This document shows, piece after piece, positions 8,629-20,604 of a stretch of 64,000 nucleotides of DNA; the stretch's first letter is position 1; each line of letters begins with the position of its first letter. The translations under genes were made by a program, and so were the position numbers. The stretch is from an uncultured Chloroflexia bacterium. GTDB taxonomy: Bacteria; Chloroflexota; Limnocylindria; Limnocylindrales; CSP1-4. The DNA is taken from assembly GCA_963752475.1 (NCBI GenBank), contig CAVVYR010000029.1, positions 128,001 to 192,000 on the forward strand, given 5' to 3'. Under the pieces are notes generated by a model, which was not told the DNA's origin, searched no databases, and was given only the letters and a program-made list of their open reading frames with translations.

Positions 8629-10019
8629 GAGGCCTCCGTGACGACGTGAAGGATCCGGCCTTCCTGCCCGACGGCGTAGAGCTCGCCGCTCTGGTCGACG
8701 CCGAACGACACCAGCGTGCCATCTATCCGCGCGATCGGCACAGAGACCGCCTCACCCTCGACCATCGCCGCAGCCTCGGCGCCCCAGATCGCGCCGGTGC
8801 AGTAGTCCCCGAACACGTACACGCCCTCGAGGTCCGGCTGTGCCGAGCCGCGGTAGACGTGGCCCCCGATGACCGTGCACCCTTCGTCGCGCCCGTAGCT
8901 CAGCGCCGGCGCGGTGTGCACTTCGAGGTCGCAGCCATCGAGGTAGCACTCAGGCCCCTCGACCTGGTTCCAGCCGAACGACTGCCCGCCCTTGCCGTCC
9001 GGCACGACGCTGACCTCTTCGAAGCGACCCTGACCGACGTCGCCGATGTAGATGTGGCCGCCGACGGGGTCGACGCTGAAGCGCCACGGGTTGCGCAGGC
9101 CGAGCGCGTGGATCTCGGGTCGATGGGCCTCGCTGCCGGCGAAGCCGTTGTCGGCCGGGATGCCGTACGGCTGCTCCGCGGCGTCCACGTCGATGCGCAG
9201 CAGCTTGCCCAGCAAGGTGCCAGGGTCCTGCCCCGCACCGAGGGGATCGCCACCGCCACCGCCGTCGCCGGTGCCGATGAGCAGCATGCCCGCGGCGTCG
9301 AAGGCGAGGTGACCGCCGTTGTGGTTGGCGTACGGCTGCTCGATGACGAGCAGTTGCCGCTCGCTGTCGCGATCGGTGGCATCGCCGGTAGCGCTGAACT
9401 CGCTGACCACCGTGGCACCGTCGCCGATGCGCGAGTAGTTCACGAAGAAGCGTCCGTTGTCGGCGAAGGAGGGGTGGAAGGCCAGTCCCAGCAATCCCTG
9501 CTCGTACGACGTGACGATGGCGTCACGCAGGTCGAGGAAGGGCTGCTGTGCCCGCTCACCTGACGTCAGTGGCCAGATCCGCCCGGTCTGTTCCACGACG
9601 TAGAGCGTGTCGCTGCCGTCGCCCGCGTGGGTCACCAGGACCGGCTGGTCGAAGCCGGCGGCGACCTCCTCGAACTCCACGCGCAACCCCTCGAGGCTGG
9701 CGGCGGAGGCACTGGCGGTCGCGGCGAAGGCCACGAGCCCGACGATGATGACGAGGATGGCGCCGAAGACAGCGAGTCGGCCGACGGTGCGCTTGGCGGA
9801 GCGCTCGATGGGCTGGGCGGACGGACGAGGCGCCGGCATGGCCACGCGTCGGTCGAACTGCTCGGGATAGGCCACGGCATCGCGTGAGATGCGGTCGAGC
9901 ACGGCAGGGGCGACGTCTGGCGACCATTGCAGCTCACTGATGACGAGGGAGACGGCGACCGTGGCCAGCTGATCGTCGGGCAGGCCGGACATGGAGCCCG
10001 GGTGGCGTTCGACCGTCAT
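8625..10019 (-). CDS. PQQ-dependent sugar dehydrogenase family protein with ~80-aa cytoplasmic N-terminus and TM helix
   Basis: EQGLLGLAFHP, NHNGG, GTGDGG, LGLRNPWR, GDVGQ; TM segment LAVFGAILVIIVGLVAFA. Confidence 0.88.
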   Translation of the reverse strand: MTVERHPGSMSGLPDDQLATVAVSLVISELQWSPDVAPAVLDRISRDAVAYPEQFDRRVAMPAPRPSAQPIERSAKRTVGRLAVFGAILVIIVGLVAFAATASASAASLEGLRVEFEEVAAGFDQPVLVTHAGDGSDTLYVVEQTGRIWPLTSGERAQQPFLDLRDAIVTSYEQGLLGLAFHPSFADNGRFFVNYSRIGDGATVVSEFSATGDATDRDSERQLLVIEQPYANHNGGHLAFDAAGMLLIGTGDGGGGGDPLGAGQDPGTLLGKLLRIDVDAAEQPYGIPADNGFAGSEAHRPEIHALGLRNPWRFSVDPVGGHIYIGDVGQGRFEEVSVVPDGKGGQSFGWNQVEGPECYLDGCDLEVHTAPALSYGRDEGCTVIGGHVYRGSAQPDLEGVYVFGDYCTGAIWGAEAAAMVEGEAVSVPIARIDGTLVSFGVDQSGELYAVGQEGRILHVVTEAS

Positions 10020-10600
10020 GGGCCCACCGCCAGTCGGGTACGGAGCTGCTTGACCGCACCGTCGAGATGCTCATCGACGAGCCCCGACGAGATGGACAGG
10101 GCGTTCGCCGCCGCGTCGCGGTCGAGCCCGAAGAGGTAGCGCGCAGCGATGACCAGGCGGTCCTCCTCACCCAGGCGGTCGAAGGCCTCGGCCAGTGCCT
10201 GGCGCTCGAGGGGCGTCATCGGCGCAGAACCGGCCAGGCCAGGCACGGGTGTGGCAGCGAACTGCGGCATCTGCTGGCGCTCGACAGGTCTGTCGGAAGG
10301 GGTCGGACGGCCAGACTCGCGTCGTTGCTGGCGTGACTCACCCGCAGCGATGCGGATCAGCCATGGCAGCAGACCCAGCTCCCCTTCGTACGAAGGCAGC
10401 GCGCGATAGGCGCGGACGAACGTCGACGTCGTCGCGTTCTGCGCCAGATCGGAGTCACGCACGATCAGCCAGCACACGCGAAAGACGGGTTCCTGGTACC
10501 GGCGCACGAGGCGCTCCCAGGCATGGAGGTCACCGCGACGAGCGGCCTCGACCAGTGCGGCATCGGCAGGCTCGCCCGGAGCGAACGTCGTCCCGGTCAT
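10016..10600 (-). CDS. ECF sigma-70 family factor (degenerate region 2.2 and region 4)
   Basis: ARRGDLHAWERLVRRYQ, FVRAYRAL, WLIRIA, RLGEEDRLVIAARYLFGL. Confidence 0.8.
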   Translation of the reverse strand: MTGTTFAPGEPADAALVEAARRGDLHAWERLVRRYQEPVFRVCWLIVRDSDLAQNATTSTFVRAYRALPSYEGELGLLPWLIRIAAGESRQQRRESGRPTPSDRPVERQQMPQFAATPVPGLAGSAPMTPLERQALAEAFDRLGEEDRLVIAARYLFGLDRDAAANALSISSGLVDEHLDGAVKQLRTRLAVGP

Positions 10601-10680
10601 GTCCTGCCGATGGTAGCGGTAGCTACCGGGGTGGTGGCACCAGTCCGTTCGTACTGGGCCGGACGTTCCGAGCCAGTACG

Positions 10681-13383
<2,703 letters not shown>

Positions 13384-13509
13384 ATCGGCAGAATCGTAGG
13401 CGATGCAGCGGGTATCCGTGCGGGGCACCGTCGCGGACGATGGTATCGCCTCGTCGGCGCGCGAAGTCACGGTCACGGGCGAGTGCGCGCGGCGTATCCT
13501 GCGCACGAC

Positions 13510-14445
13510 ATGAGCACGACCGACCGCGCCGCCTCCGCGGCCTCCACCAAGACCAGCCCCTCCAGTGCAGGAGCCGCACCTGCCGCAGCCACCGCCAAGG
13601 CCATCCCGCTCAAGGGCGTAGCCCTCGGCATCGATGTCGGCGGCACCGGCACCAAGGCCGCCATGATCGACCTGGCCACGGCCGAGCTGGTGACGTCACG
13701 GATCCGGGAGAAGACGCCACAGCCGTCGGAGCCGGAGGCCGTCATCGAGGTCATCGGATCGATCGTCGGTCGCGTGCTCGAGGAGTACGGCCCGGTCAAG
13801 GACCTGCCTATCGGTTGCGGCCTGCCCGGCCCCATCAAGTACGGGCGCATGAAGATGGCGGCCAACCTCGACAAGGGCTGGGTCGACTTCGATGCCACCG
13901 GCGTGCTTACCGAGAAGCTGGGCTGGCCGGTCCACGTCATCAACGACGCCGACGCCGCGGGCATGGCCGAGCTGGCCTACGGCGAAGCCCGGGACCATGA
14001 CGGCACCACCATCCTGCTGACCATCGGTACCGGCATCGGCAGCGCCGTCATCAGCGAGAGCCGGCTCGTGCCCAACACCGAGCTGGGCCACCTGGAGCTG
14101 CACGACCAGGCCGCCGAGACCCTCATCAGCGGCGTCTCCCGCGAGCGGCGCGGGTTGAAGTGGAAGGCCTGGGCCAAGGAGTTCAACGAGTACCTGGCCA
14201 TGCTCGACTTCTACTTCTGGCCTGACCGGGTCATCCTCGGCGGCGGCGTGAGCAAGCGCTCGGCCAAGTACTGGGAGTACCTCGAGTCCGGCGCCGACCT
14301 GGTCAAGGCCGAGTACCTCAATACCTCCGGCATCATCGGCGCGGCCTACGCGGCCGGCCTCGCCGCCCACGAGGAAGCGGCAGCCAGGAAGCCTGCGCCG
14401 CGACGGCGCTCCACCCGCGGGACCACCGCCAAGAAGCGCGGCTAG
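13510..14445 (+). CDS. ppgK: ROK family kinase, polyphosphate glucokinase-like
   Basis: GIDVGGTGTK, INDADAAG, LTIGTGIGSA, LVPNTELGHL, LGGGVSK. The upstream part of the 800-aa track ORF is an antisense shadow of aceE. Confidence 0.88.
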   Translation: MSTTDRAASAASTKTSPSSAGAAPAAATAKAIPLKGVALGIDVGGTGTKAAMIDLATAELVTSRIREKTPQPSEPEAVIEVIGSIVGRVLEEYGPVKDLPIGCGLPGPIKYGRMKMAANLDKGWVDFDATGVLTEKLGWPVHVINDADAAGMAELAYGEARDHDGTTILLTIGTGIGSAVISESRLVPNTELGHLELHDQAAETLISGVSRERRGLKWKAWAKEFNEYLAMLDFYFWPDRVILGGGVSKRSAKYWEYLESGADLVKAEYLNTSGIIGAAYAAGLAAHEEAAARKPAPRRRSTRGTTAKKRG

Positions 14446-14466
14446 GCCGGGCGCGGGATCGGCCGG

Positions 14467-15345
14467 ATGCAGATCCACCTGCTCGACGCCACGTACGAGC
14501 TCTTCCGCGCGCACTTCGGCCGTCCACCACGGAGCGGGGCCGATGGTGAGCCGGTGGGCGCCACGGTCGGTGTCGTCGAGTCGGTCCTCTCGTTGCTGCG
14601 CGAGGACGGCGTCACCCACATCGGTTGCGCCACCGACCACGTCATCTGGTCCTGGCGCAACGACCGCTACGACGGCTACAAGACCGACGAGGGCATGCCG
14701 CCCGAGTTGCTGACCCAGTTCCCTTTGGTCGAGGAGGCCCTGCGTGCGCTCGGCGTGGTCGTGTGGCCGATGGAGGAGTTCGAGGCCGATGACGGTCTGG
14801 CCGCCGCGGCCGCACGCTTCGCCGACCATCCCGATGTCGAGCGCGTGATCATCCTCTCGCCCGACAAGGACATGGCCCAGTGCGTGCGCGAGGACGGCCG
14901 GGTGGTGACGTTCAACCGGCGCGAGGGTCGCTTCTTCGATGCCGACGGCGTGGCCGAGAAGTTCGGCGTGCGCCCAGCGTCGATCCCCGACTACCTCGCG
15001 CTCGTGGGCGACGCTGCCGACGGCTTCCCCGGGATCCCTGGCTGGGGCGCGAAATCGACCGCGACGGTGCTCTCCCGCTACCCGCACCTCGAGGACATCC
15101 CCGACTCGGTCAGTGCCTGGGACCTGAAGGTGCGTGGCGCCGCGTCCCTGGCCAAGTCGCTGGCCGAGCATCGTGACGACGCCCTCCTCTTCCGCGAGCT
15201 GGCCACGCTGCGTACGGACGCACCCATCCCGCAGACCGATCCCGAGGAGCTGCGCTGGCGAGGTGTGGACCGTGCCGCCTTCGAGGCCATGGCGGGGAAG
15301 TTGCGCTCCGCTCGCCTGCTGGAGCGGGTCCCGACCCAGAACTAG
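14467..15345 (+). CDS. 5'-3' exonuclease / flap endonuclease (stand-alone)
   Basis: YDGYK, FEADD, SPDKD, ALVGDAADGFPGIPGWGAK (H3TH). Confidence 0.92.
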   Translation: MQIHLLDATYELFRAHFGRPPRSGADGEPVGATVGVVESVLSLLREDGVTHIGCATDHVIWSWRNDRYDGYKTDEGMPPELLTQFPLVEEALRALGVVVWPMEEFEADDGLAAAAARFADHPDVERVIILSPDKDMAQCVREDGRVVTFNRREGRFFDADGVAEKFGVRPASIPDYLALVGDAADGFPGIPGWGAKSTATVLSRYPHLEDIPDSVSAWDLKVRGAASLAKSLAEHRDDALLFRELATLRTDAPIPQTDPEELRWRGVDRAAFEAMAGKLRSARLLERVPTQN

Positions 15346-15403
15346 AGAGGCGACTTCCGTCCAGCCTCGGCTACCCGCTCGCGGGCGAGCACCGCGCGTC
15401 GGC

Positions 15404-16189
15404 TCAGCCGTCGGCGAGCAGCTTCAGGATGGTGCCGTGGTGCTCGGGTGCGGCGGCCGCGATGCCGATGGACTTGCTGGGCATGCCGATGCCGAACCAG
15501 TCGTTGCCGAGGGCGGATGTGACCTTGACACCGCCCTCGAGCGCGATGACGCCGGCGGCGCAGATGTCCCACACCGAGAGCTTGGTCCACTGCACGTAGG
15601 CGTCGAAGCGACCATTGGCGCAGTAGGTCAGCGAGAGGGTCGCGCTCCCCATCGCGCGCGTGATGCGCACGCGGCGGCGGATCTCCCGGTACTGGCGCCC
15701 GAAGCCCTTGCTCGGTAGGCCCAGGCTCACGACCGCATCGCTCAGGCGCCGCCCGGGGTTGCGGATGGGCGTTCCGTTCAGGAACGCACCGCCCCCGCGG
15801 ACCGCGGTGAAGAGCTCATCACGCGTGGGATCGAGGACGACACCCAGCGTGGGCTCTCCATCGACGCAGAGGCTGATGCTGACCGCGAAGAAGGGGATGC
15901 CGTTGGCGTAGTTGACCGTGCCGTCGAGGGGATCGATGACCCACAGACGATCGGCGGTCTCGCCCGACGCACCGGACTCCTCGGCCAGGAAGGCGTCGCC
16001 GGGGAAGGCCTTTCCGATGGTCTCGAGGATGGCCTCCTCGCTCCGATGATCGGCGATCGTGACCACGTCCTTCTCGGACTTGAAGTCGACGCTCTCAAGG
16101 TTCTCGTAGAGGTCCATCTGGATCCGCGCTGCCTGACGCGCGGCCTCGACAGCGGTCTCCAGTTCTGTGGACAGGTCGTGGGCGGGCAC
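15404..16189 (-). CDS. Inositol monophosphatase family
   Basis: LAEE, WVIDPLDGTVNYANG, WDICAAG. Confidence 0.92.
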   Translation of the reverse strand: MPAHDLSTELETAVEAARQAARIQMDLYENLESVDFKSEKDVVTIADHRSEEAILETIGKAFPGDAFLAEESGASGETADRLWVIDPLDGTVNYANGIPFFAVSISLCVDGEPTLGVVLDPTRDELFTAVRGGGAFLNGTPIRNPGRRLSDAVVSLGLPSKGFGRQYREIRRRVRITRAMGSATLSLTYCANGRFDAYVQWTKLSVWDICAAGVIALEGGVKVTSALGNDWFGIGMPSKSIGIAAAAPEHHGTILKLLADG

Positions 16190-16230
16190 CACTTGATGCT
16201 AGCGGGTCGGGCGATCTCCGACCGGGAGGA

Positions 16231-16749
16231 TCAGACGCAGTCGACCGTCAGCGACTCGAGGTCGTAGGCGGGGGCGACCTCCGGAGCGGTCAGGTCGCGC
16301 TCGAAGGTGACCGTGTCACCGCCGGACAGTCGCTCGGTGCGGAACGCGAGGTCCTCCGGACGCGGGACGCCGTCACGCGTGACACGGCAGTCGGCCACGC
16401 CCTCGTCCTCACCCTCGTTGGTGACGGTGAAGACCAGTGATACCGAGCCGTCCGGGCCGCCGGTCGCGCTCGTCACCGACGACGCGTACGGGCCGGTGGT
16501 GGTCACGGCCAGGCCGGCGATGACGAAGAAGCCGATGACGCCGATGACGATGCCGATGAAGATCGTGGCGTGCATCTGGGTGGAGCTGGGCCCTGCCAGT
16601 CTGCCCTTGTTGTGCTCGTCGCAGAGGCCGACACCAGCGGGCGTCTCCTTTCCGCAACGGAAGCAATGGTCGACCGGCTGTGCGTCCGGCTTGGGTGCAA
16701 GGAAGCCGCTATCGCCCGGGGCTTCGGTCGGGGTCGCAGACCCAGTCAT
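16231..16749 (-). CDS. Hypothetical membrane protein: N-terminal Zn-ribbon (CxxC...CxxH), TM helix, Ig-like C-terminus
   Basis: CFRCG...LCDEH; TM IFIGIVIGVIGFFVIAGLAV; FTVTNEG...CRV...C. Confidence 0.7.
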   Translation of the reverse strand: MTGSATPTEAPGDSGFLAPKPDAQPVDHCFRCGKETPAGVGLCDEHNKGRLAGPSSTQMHATIFIGIVIGVIGFFVIAGLAVTTTGPYASSVTSATGGPDGSVSLVFTVTNEGEDEGVADCRVTRDGVPRPEDLAFRTERLSGGDTVTFERDLTAPEVAPAYDLESLTVDCV

Positions 16750-16794
16750 CAAGATGAATCTAGCGCGGACCGGCAGAAATCGTCAGCGGCGTGC

Positions 16795-17601
16795 TCATAC
16801 AAGGCTGAAGATCCGGTCCAGCTCGTCGGGTCCCACGTCATGGATGATGAGCTCGCTGGCACCGCGATGCTGCCAGCGCGCAGCCAGGTCGGCGAGCGGT
16901 TCGTCGACCTCTGCCTGCTCGATGCCGACGATGACACCCACGCTCACCGGCGCACGGCCTACCCTGGCCAGCTCCTCGTCGAACACCGGTCGTAGCTCTG
17001 CGTAGCCCTCGGCAAAGCACGTCCAGGCATCACCGGACCGGGCCGCCAAGCGAGCCCCCGCCGGCCGCATGCCCGCGACCGTGATGCGTGGCAGCGGGTC
17101 GGGTACCGGGAACGAGCGGGCCCCGCGCAACTCGTAGTAGCGACCGTCATGGTCGGCCGGGCCGCCAGCGAAGAGCGCCCGCAGGACAACCAGCGACTCC
17201 TCCAGGCGTTCGGCGCGTTCCCCGGCGGGCGGGAAGTCCATGCCGTAGTTCTCGTGCTCGACGGGATGGCCGCCGATGCCGATGCCCAGCTCGACGCGTC
17301 CCGGCGCGAACTCCGCGAGCGTGCCCACGATGTTGGCCAGCACAGCCGGGTGCCGGTTGACGTTGTTGACCACGAACGAGCCGACGCCGATGGACTCGGT
17401 CGAGACTGCCGCGGCGGTCAGCGTGGTGAAGCACTCCAGCAGCGGGTCGTCGAGCTCGCCACGGCTGATGAAGTGGTCCCAGATCCAGACCGTGCTGAAG
17501 CCGGCGGCCTCCGCCCGGCGTGCAGCCTCGATCCACCAGGCACCGGTGACCCCGATGGCCGTCGGGTTGAGCCCGACCGGGATGGCCAGGGGTGCGGCCA
17601 T
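16795..17601 (-). CDS. LLM class flavin/F420-dependent oxidoreductase
   Basis: AEAAGFSTVWIWDHF, RHPAVLA, GRVELGIGIG. Confidence 0.88.
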   Translation of the reverse strand: MAAPLAIPVGLNPTAIGVTGAWWIEAARRAEAAGFSTVWIWDHFISRGELDDPLLECFTTLTAAAVSTESIGVGSFVVNNVNRHPAVLANIVGTLAEFAPGRVELGIGIGGHPVEHENYGMDFPPAGERAERLEESLVVLRALFAGGPADHDGRYYELRGARSFPVPDPLPRITVAGMRPAGARLAARSGDAWTCFAEGYAELRPVFDEELARVGRAPVSVGVIVGIEQAEVDEPLADLAARWQHRGASELIIHDVGPDELDRIFSLV

Positions 17602-18348
17602 CTAGATCGAGAGCCCCGCCTCCAGAGCCACGCGGATCATGACGTCGGTGGCCTTTTCGAGTGCGTCCAGAGATAGGTAGGTGTCACCGATCTCCTCCTC
17701 CTCGGACATCGTGTCCGAGACGGTCAGGATGCAGGCCGCACGGACATCATCGCCCGCGGCGTACGCCCGTGACGCGAGTGTGAACAGCGCCGCCGCCTCC
17801 ATCTCCACGCCGAGGATGTTGCGCGCCCGCCACTTGGGGACGTAGTCGGGGTCGGGGTTATAGAACACGTCGACCGTCAGGATCTGGCCGACGTGGACGT
17901 TGGCGTCCTGGGCTCGAGCGGCATCGACGAGCGCGCGGGTGAGGTCGAAGTCGGCCGCCGGCGCGTAGGCGTCACCGTGCAGGTACGTGGCCGTGGAGCC
18001 GTCGTCAGGCGTGGCCGCGGTGCCCACGATGAGATCGGCCGAGCGCACGCCGCGTCCGATGCCGCCGGTCGTGCCCACACGCACGAGCCGCTTGGCACCG
18101 AGGTTCAGCAGCTCCTCGACGATGATCGAGGTCGAGGGCGTGCCCATGCCGGTCGTCTGGACGCTGACGGGCTTGCCCTGGTAGGTGCCGGTGTAGCCGA
18201 GCATGCCACGGTGGTCGTTGACCAGCCTGGACTGCTCCAGGCCGCCGTCGAACAGCTCGGCGATACGCGTGGCGCGATTGGGATCGCCCGGCAGCAGCAC
18301 CAGCGGGGCGTAGTCGCCGACCTCGGCGCGCAGATGGATCTGGGTCAT
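17602..18348 (-). CDS. deoD: Purine nucleoside phosphorylase, DeoD/NP-I type
   Basis: LLPGDPNRA, YTGTY, TGMGTPS, RVGTTG, GVEMEAA, TVSD. Confidence 0.85.
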   Translation of the reverse strand: MTQIHLRAEVGDYAPLVLLPGDPNRATRIAELFDGGLEQSRLVNDHRGMLGYTGTYQGKPVSVQTTGMGTPSTSIIVEELLNLGAKRLVRVGTTGGIGRGVRSADLIVGTAATPDDGSTATYLHGDAYAPAADFDLTRALVDAARAQDANVHVGQILTVDVFYNPDPDYVPKWRARNILGVEMEAAALFTLASRAYAAGDDVRAACILTVSDTMSEEEEIGDTYLSLDALEKATDVMIRVALEAGLSI

Positions 18349-18459
18349 GTATCTCTCCCCCGGCAGCGGCCGTGGCTCTCTCCGACAGGCGCAGAGTCTA
18401 GCCCGCCTCGCGCCGTAGAATCGAATCCCAAGCACAAGTACGCAACGTGAAGCGAGGTC

Positions 18460-18879
18460 GTGGTGGCAGAACGGATCGAAGGGTGGGCCCGGGAGATGCT
18501 CGAGCGAGGGGACGTCTATGGGACGCTGGCCACCATCTCGGCCGACGGCTCGCCCTTCCAGGCCGTCGTCTGGTTCCTCGTCCGCGGTGAAACGCTGGTC
18601 GTCAACTCCAGGGTCGGCCGTGTCTGGCCCACGAACGTGTTGCGCGATCCACGCGTGAGCCTCGTCGTCGAAGACGGCTACGACTGGGTCGGTGTCCGCG
18701 GCCGGGCAGAGGCCGTCACCGACGGGGCCACCGCACAGGCCGACATCGCCGAGATGGCCCGCCGCTACAACGCCGGCGACCCGGCCAGGGCCGAACGCAT
18801 GATCGCCGCCTTCGAGGCCGAGGAACGCATCACGTTCGTCATCCACGTCGAGCGTGTCACCGAGCACCCCGACGCTTGA
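18460..18879 (+). CDS. PPOX-class F420-dependent oxidoreductase (pyridoxamine 5'-phosphate oxidase-like)
   Basis: TLATISADGSP..VVWF, NVLRDPRVSL, VRGRAE; lies directly upstream of cofD. Confidence 0.85.
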   Translation: MVAERIEGWAREMLERGDVYGTLATISADGSPFQAVVWFLVRGETLVVNSRVGRVWPTNVLRDPRVSLVVEDGYDWVGVRGRAEAVTDGATAQADIAEMARRYNAGDPARAERMIAAFEAEERITFVIHVERVTEHPDA

Positions 18880-19862
18880 GTGACGACCAGCGTTCCCGGA
18901 TCGTCGTCCTCGCTGGAGGCTACGGCGGAGCCAAGCTGAGCCATGGCTTGGCGCTCGTCTCGGAGGCTCGTGAGACTGCCGGAGGATCGCGTTTGGACCT
19001 CTCGGTCATCGTCAACACCGGCGACGACCTCGAGCTGCACGGCCTGACGGTCTCGCCGGACCTCGACACCGTCATGTATACGCTCGCCGGGTTGGCCAAC
19101 GACGAGACCGGCTGGGGCTTGCGCGACGAGACGTGGTCGACCGGGGCCATGCTCGAGCGATACGGGGCGGAGACCTGGTTCGGGCTGGGCGACCGAGACA
19201 TGGCCACGCACATCCGGCGGACCCAACTGCGCCGCGGCGGGGCGACACTGACCGAGGCCACGGCCGAGCTGTCTGCGCGGCTCGACGTGCCCGCGACCCT
19301 GCTGCCGATGACCGATGACGAGGTACGCACCGAGATCCGCACCCCCGACGGCTGGCTCGAGTTCCAGGAGTACTTCGTCAAGCGTGGGCAGGAGGACGAG
19401 GTCCTGGAGATCCGTCGGCTGGGCGTCGAGGAGGCCCGACCGACCCCGCAGGTGCTCGCCGCGGTGTCGAGCGCGGAGCTCATCGTCATCGCGCCCTCGA
19501 ACCCGTTCGTCTCGGTGGGCACGATCCTGGCCCTGCCCGGGATGCTCCAGGCACTGCGGGGTGCCGCAGCGCCGGTCGTGGCCGTGAGCCCGGTGGTCGG
19601 CGGCGCGGCGCTCCGCGGTCCAGCCGACAAGATGCTGCGCTCGCTGGGCGGGACCGCCTCCGCGTCAGGCGTGGTCGTGCACTATCGCGAGCGCTACCCC
19701 GACCTCGTCGACGTCTTCGTGCTGGACGAGACCGATGCCGCCGAGGTGCCGGCGCTGGAGGCGTCCGGCGCCCGCATCGAGCTGCTGCCCACGGTCATGC
19801 GCTCGTATGACGACCGCCAGGCGCTGGCACAGGCCATCCTCGACGCCCACCTTCCCGGCTGA
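18876..19862 (+). CDS. cofD: 2-phospho-L-lactate/phosphoenolpyruvate transferase (F420 biosynthesis)
   Basis: LAGGYGGAKL, VNTGDD, SPDLDTVMYTL, WFGLGDRD, FQEYFV, PSNPFVS, GPADKM. Confidence 0.95.
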   Translation: MSDDQRSRIVVLAGGYGGAKLSHGLALVSEARETAGGSRLDLSVIVNTGDDLELHGLTVSPDLDTVMYTLAGLANDETGWGLRDETWSTGAMLERYGAETWFGLGDRDMATHIRRTQLRRGGATLTEATAELSARLDVPATLLPMTDDEVRTEIRTPDGWLEFQEYFVKRGQEDEVLEIRRLGVEEARPTPQVLAAVSSAELIVIAPSNPFVSVGTILALPGMLQALRGAAAPVVAVSPVVGGAALRGPADKMLRSLGGTASASGVVVHYRERYPDLVDVFVLDETDAAEVPALEASGARIELLPTVMRSYDDRQALAQAILDAHLPG

Positions 19863-19896
19863 CCAGGCACCGAGCCCGACTACCATTCCCCTACCC

Positions 19897-20604
19897 ATGA
19901 CCGACGACCGACCGACCCCCACGACCGCACTCGAGCCCATCCATGTCGTACTGCCCATGCGCACGGTGTCGGGTGGCAAGGCCCGCCTCGGTGAGGCCCT
20001 CGACGCCGAGGAACGCGCGGAGCTGGTGCTGGGCCTGCTGCTGAACACGCTGGCCGTGCTCGGCGCGTGGCCCATCTGTCATCGCATCCATCTCGTCAGC
20101 CCCGATCCGGTGCTGGGCGCAGCCACGACCCAGGCGGGCGTGGACGTGTCGGTACTGCGGCAGGAGGGCGAGGGACTCAACGAAGGCATCGGCCTGGGCA
20201 TCAGCGCGGCACGTGTCGAAGACGCGGCCAGCCTGCTGGTGTTGCCGGGCGATCTGCCATACCTCTCGGTCGAGGCCCTCGACGAGTTGCTCATCGCGGC
20301 TGACGCGGGCGTGGTCGCGGCTGCCGGTGGACCGCTCATGGCCATCGTGCCGTCGGATGCCGGTGGTGGCACCAACGCGCTGTTGCTGCGACCGCCGGAT
20401 GCCATCGCGCCGGCCTTCGGACCCGGCAGCTTCGAGGCGCACCTGCGTGCAGCCGAGGCCGCCGGCGCCGCGGTCCAGGTCGTGAGCGACGCCGTGCTCG
20501 GTTTCGACCTCGACACGCCCGACGACCTGGAGCGGCTGGACCAGGAACGACTGCGTGCGCTGACCGCCCTGGGGCGCGGTGCTGTCGACGGAGTCGGCGT
20601 GTGA
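19897..20604 (+). CDS. cofC: 2-phospho-L-lactate/PEP guanylyltransferase (F420 biosynthesis)
   Basis: GKARL, GLNEG, PGDLP, GGTNAL, FGPGSFEAH, DLDTPDDL. Confidence 0.92.
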   Translation: MTDDRPTPTTALEPIHVVLPMRTVSGGKARLGEALDAEERAELVLGLLLNTLAVLGAWPICHRIHLVSPDPVLGAATTQAGVDVSVLRQEGEGLNEGIGLGISAARVEDAASLLVLPGDLPYLSVEALDELLIAADAGVVAAAGGPLMAIVPSDAGGGTNALLLRPPDAIAPAFGPGSFEAHLRAAEAAGAAVQVVSDAVLGFDLDTPDDLERLDQERLRALTALGRGAVDGVGV

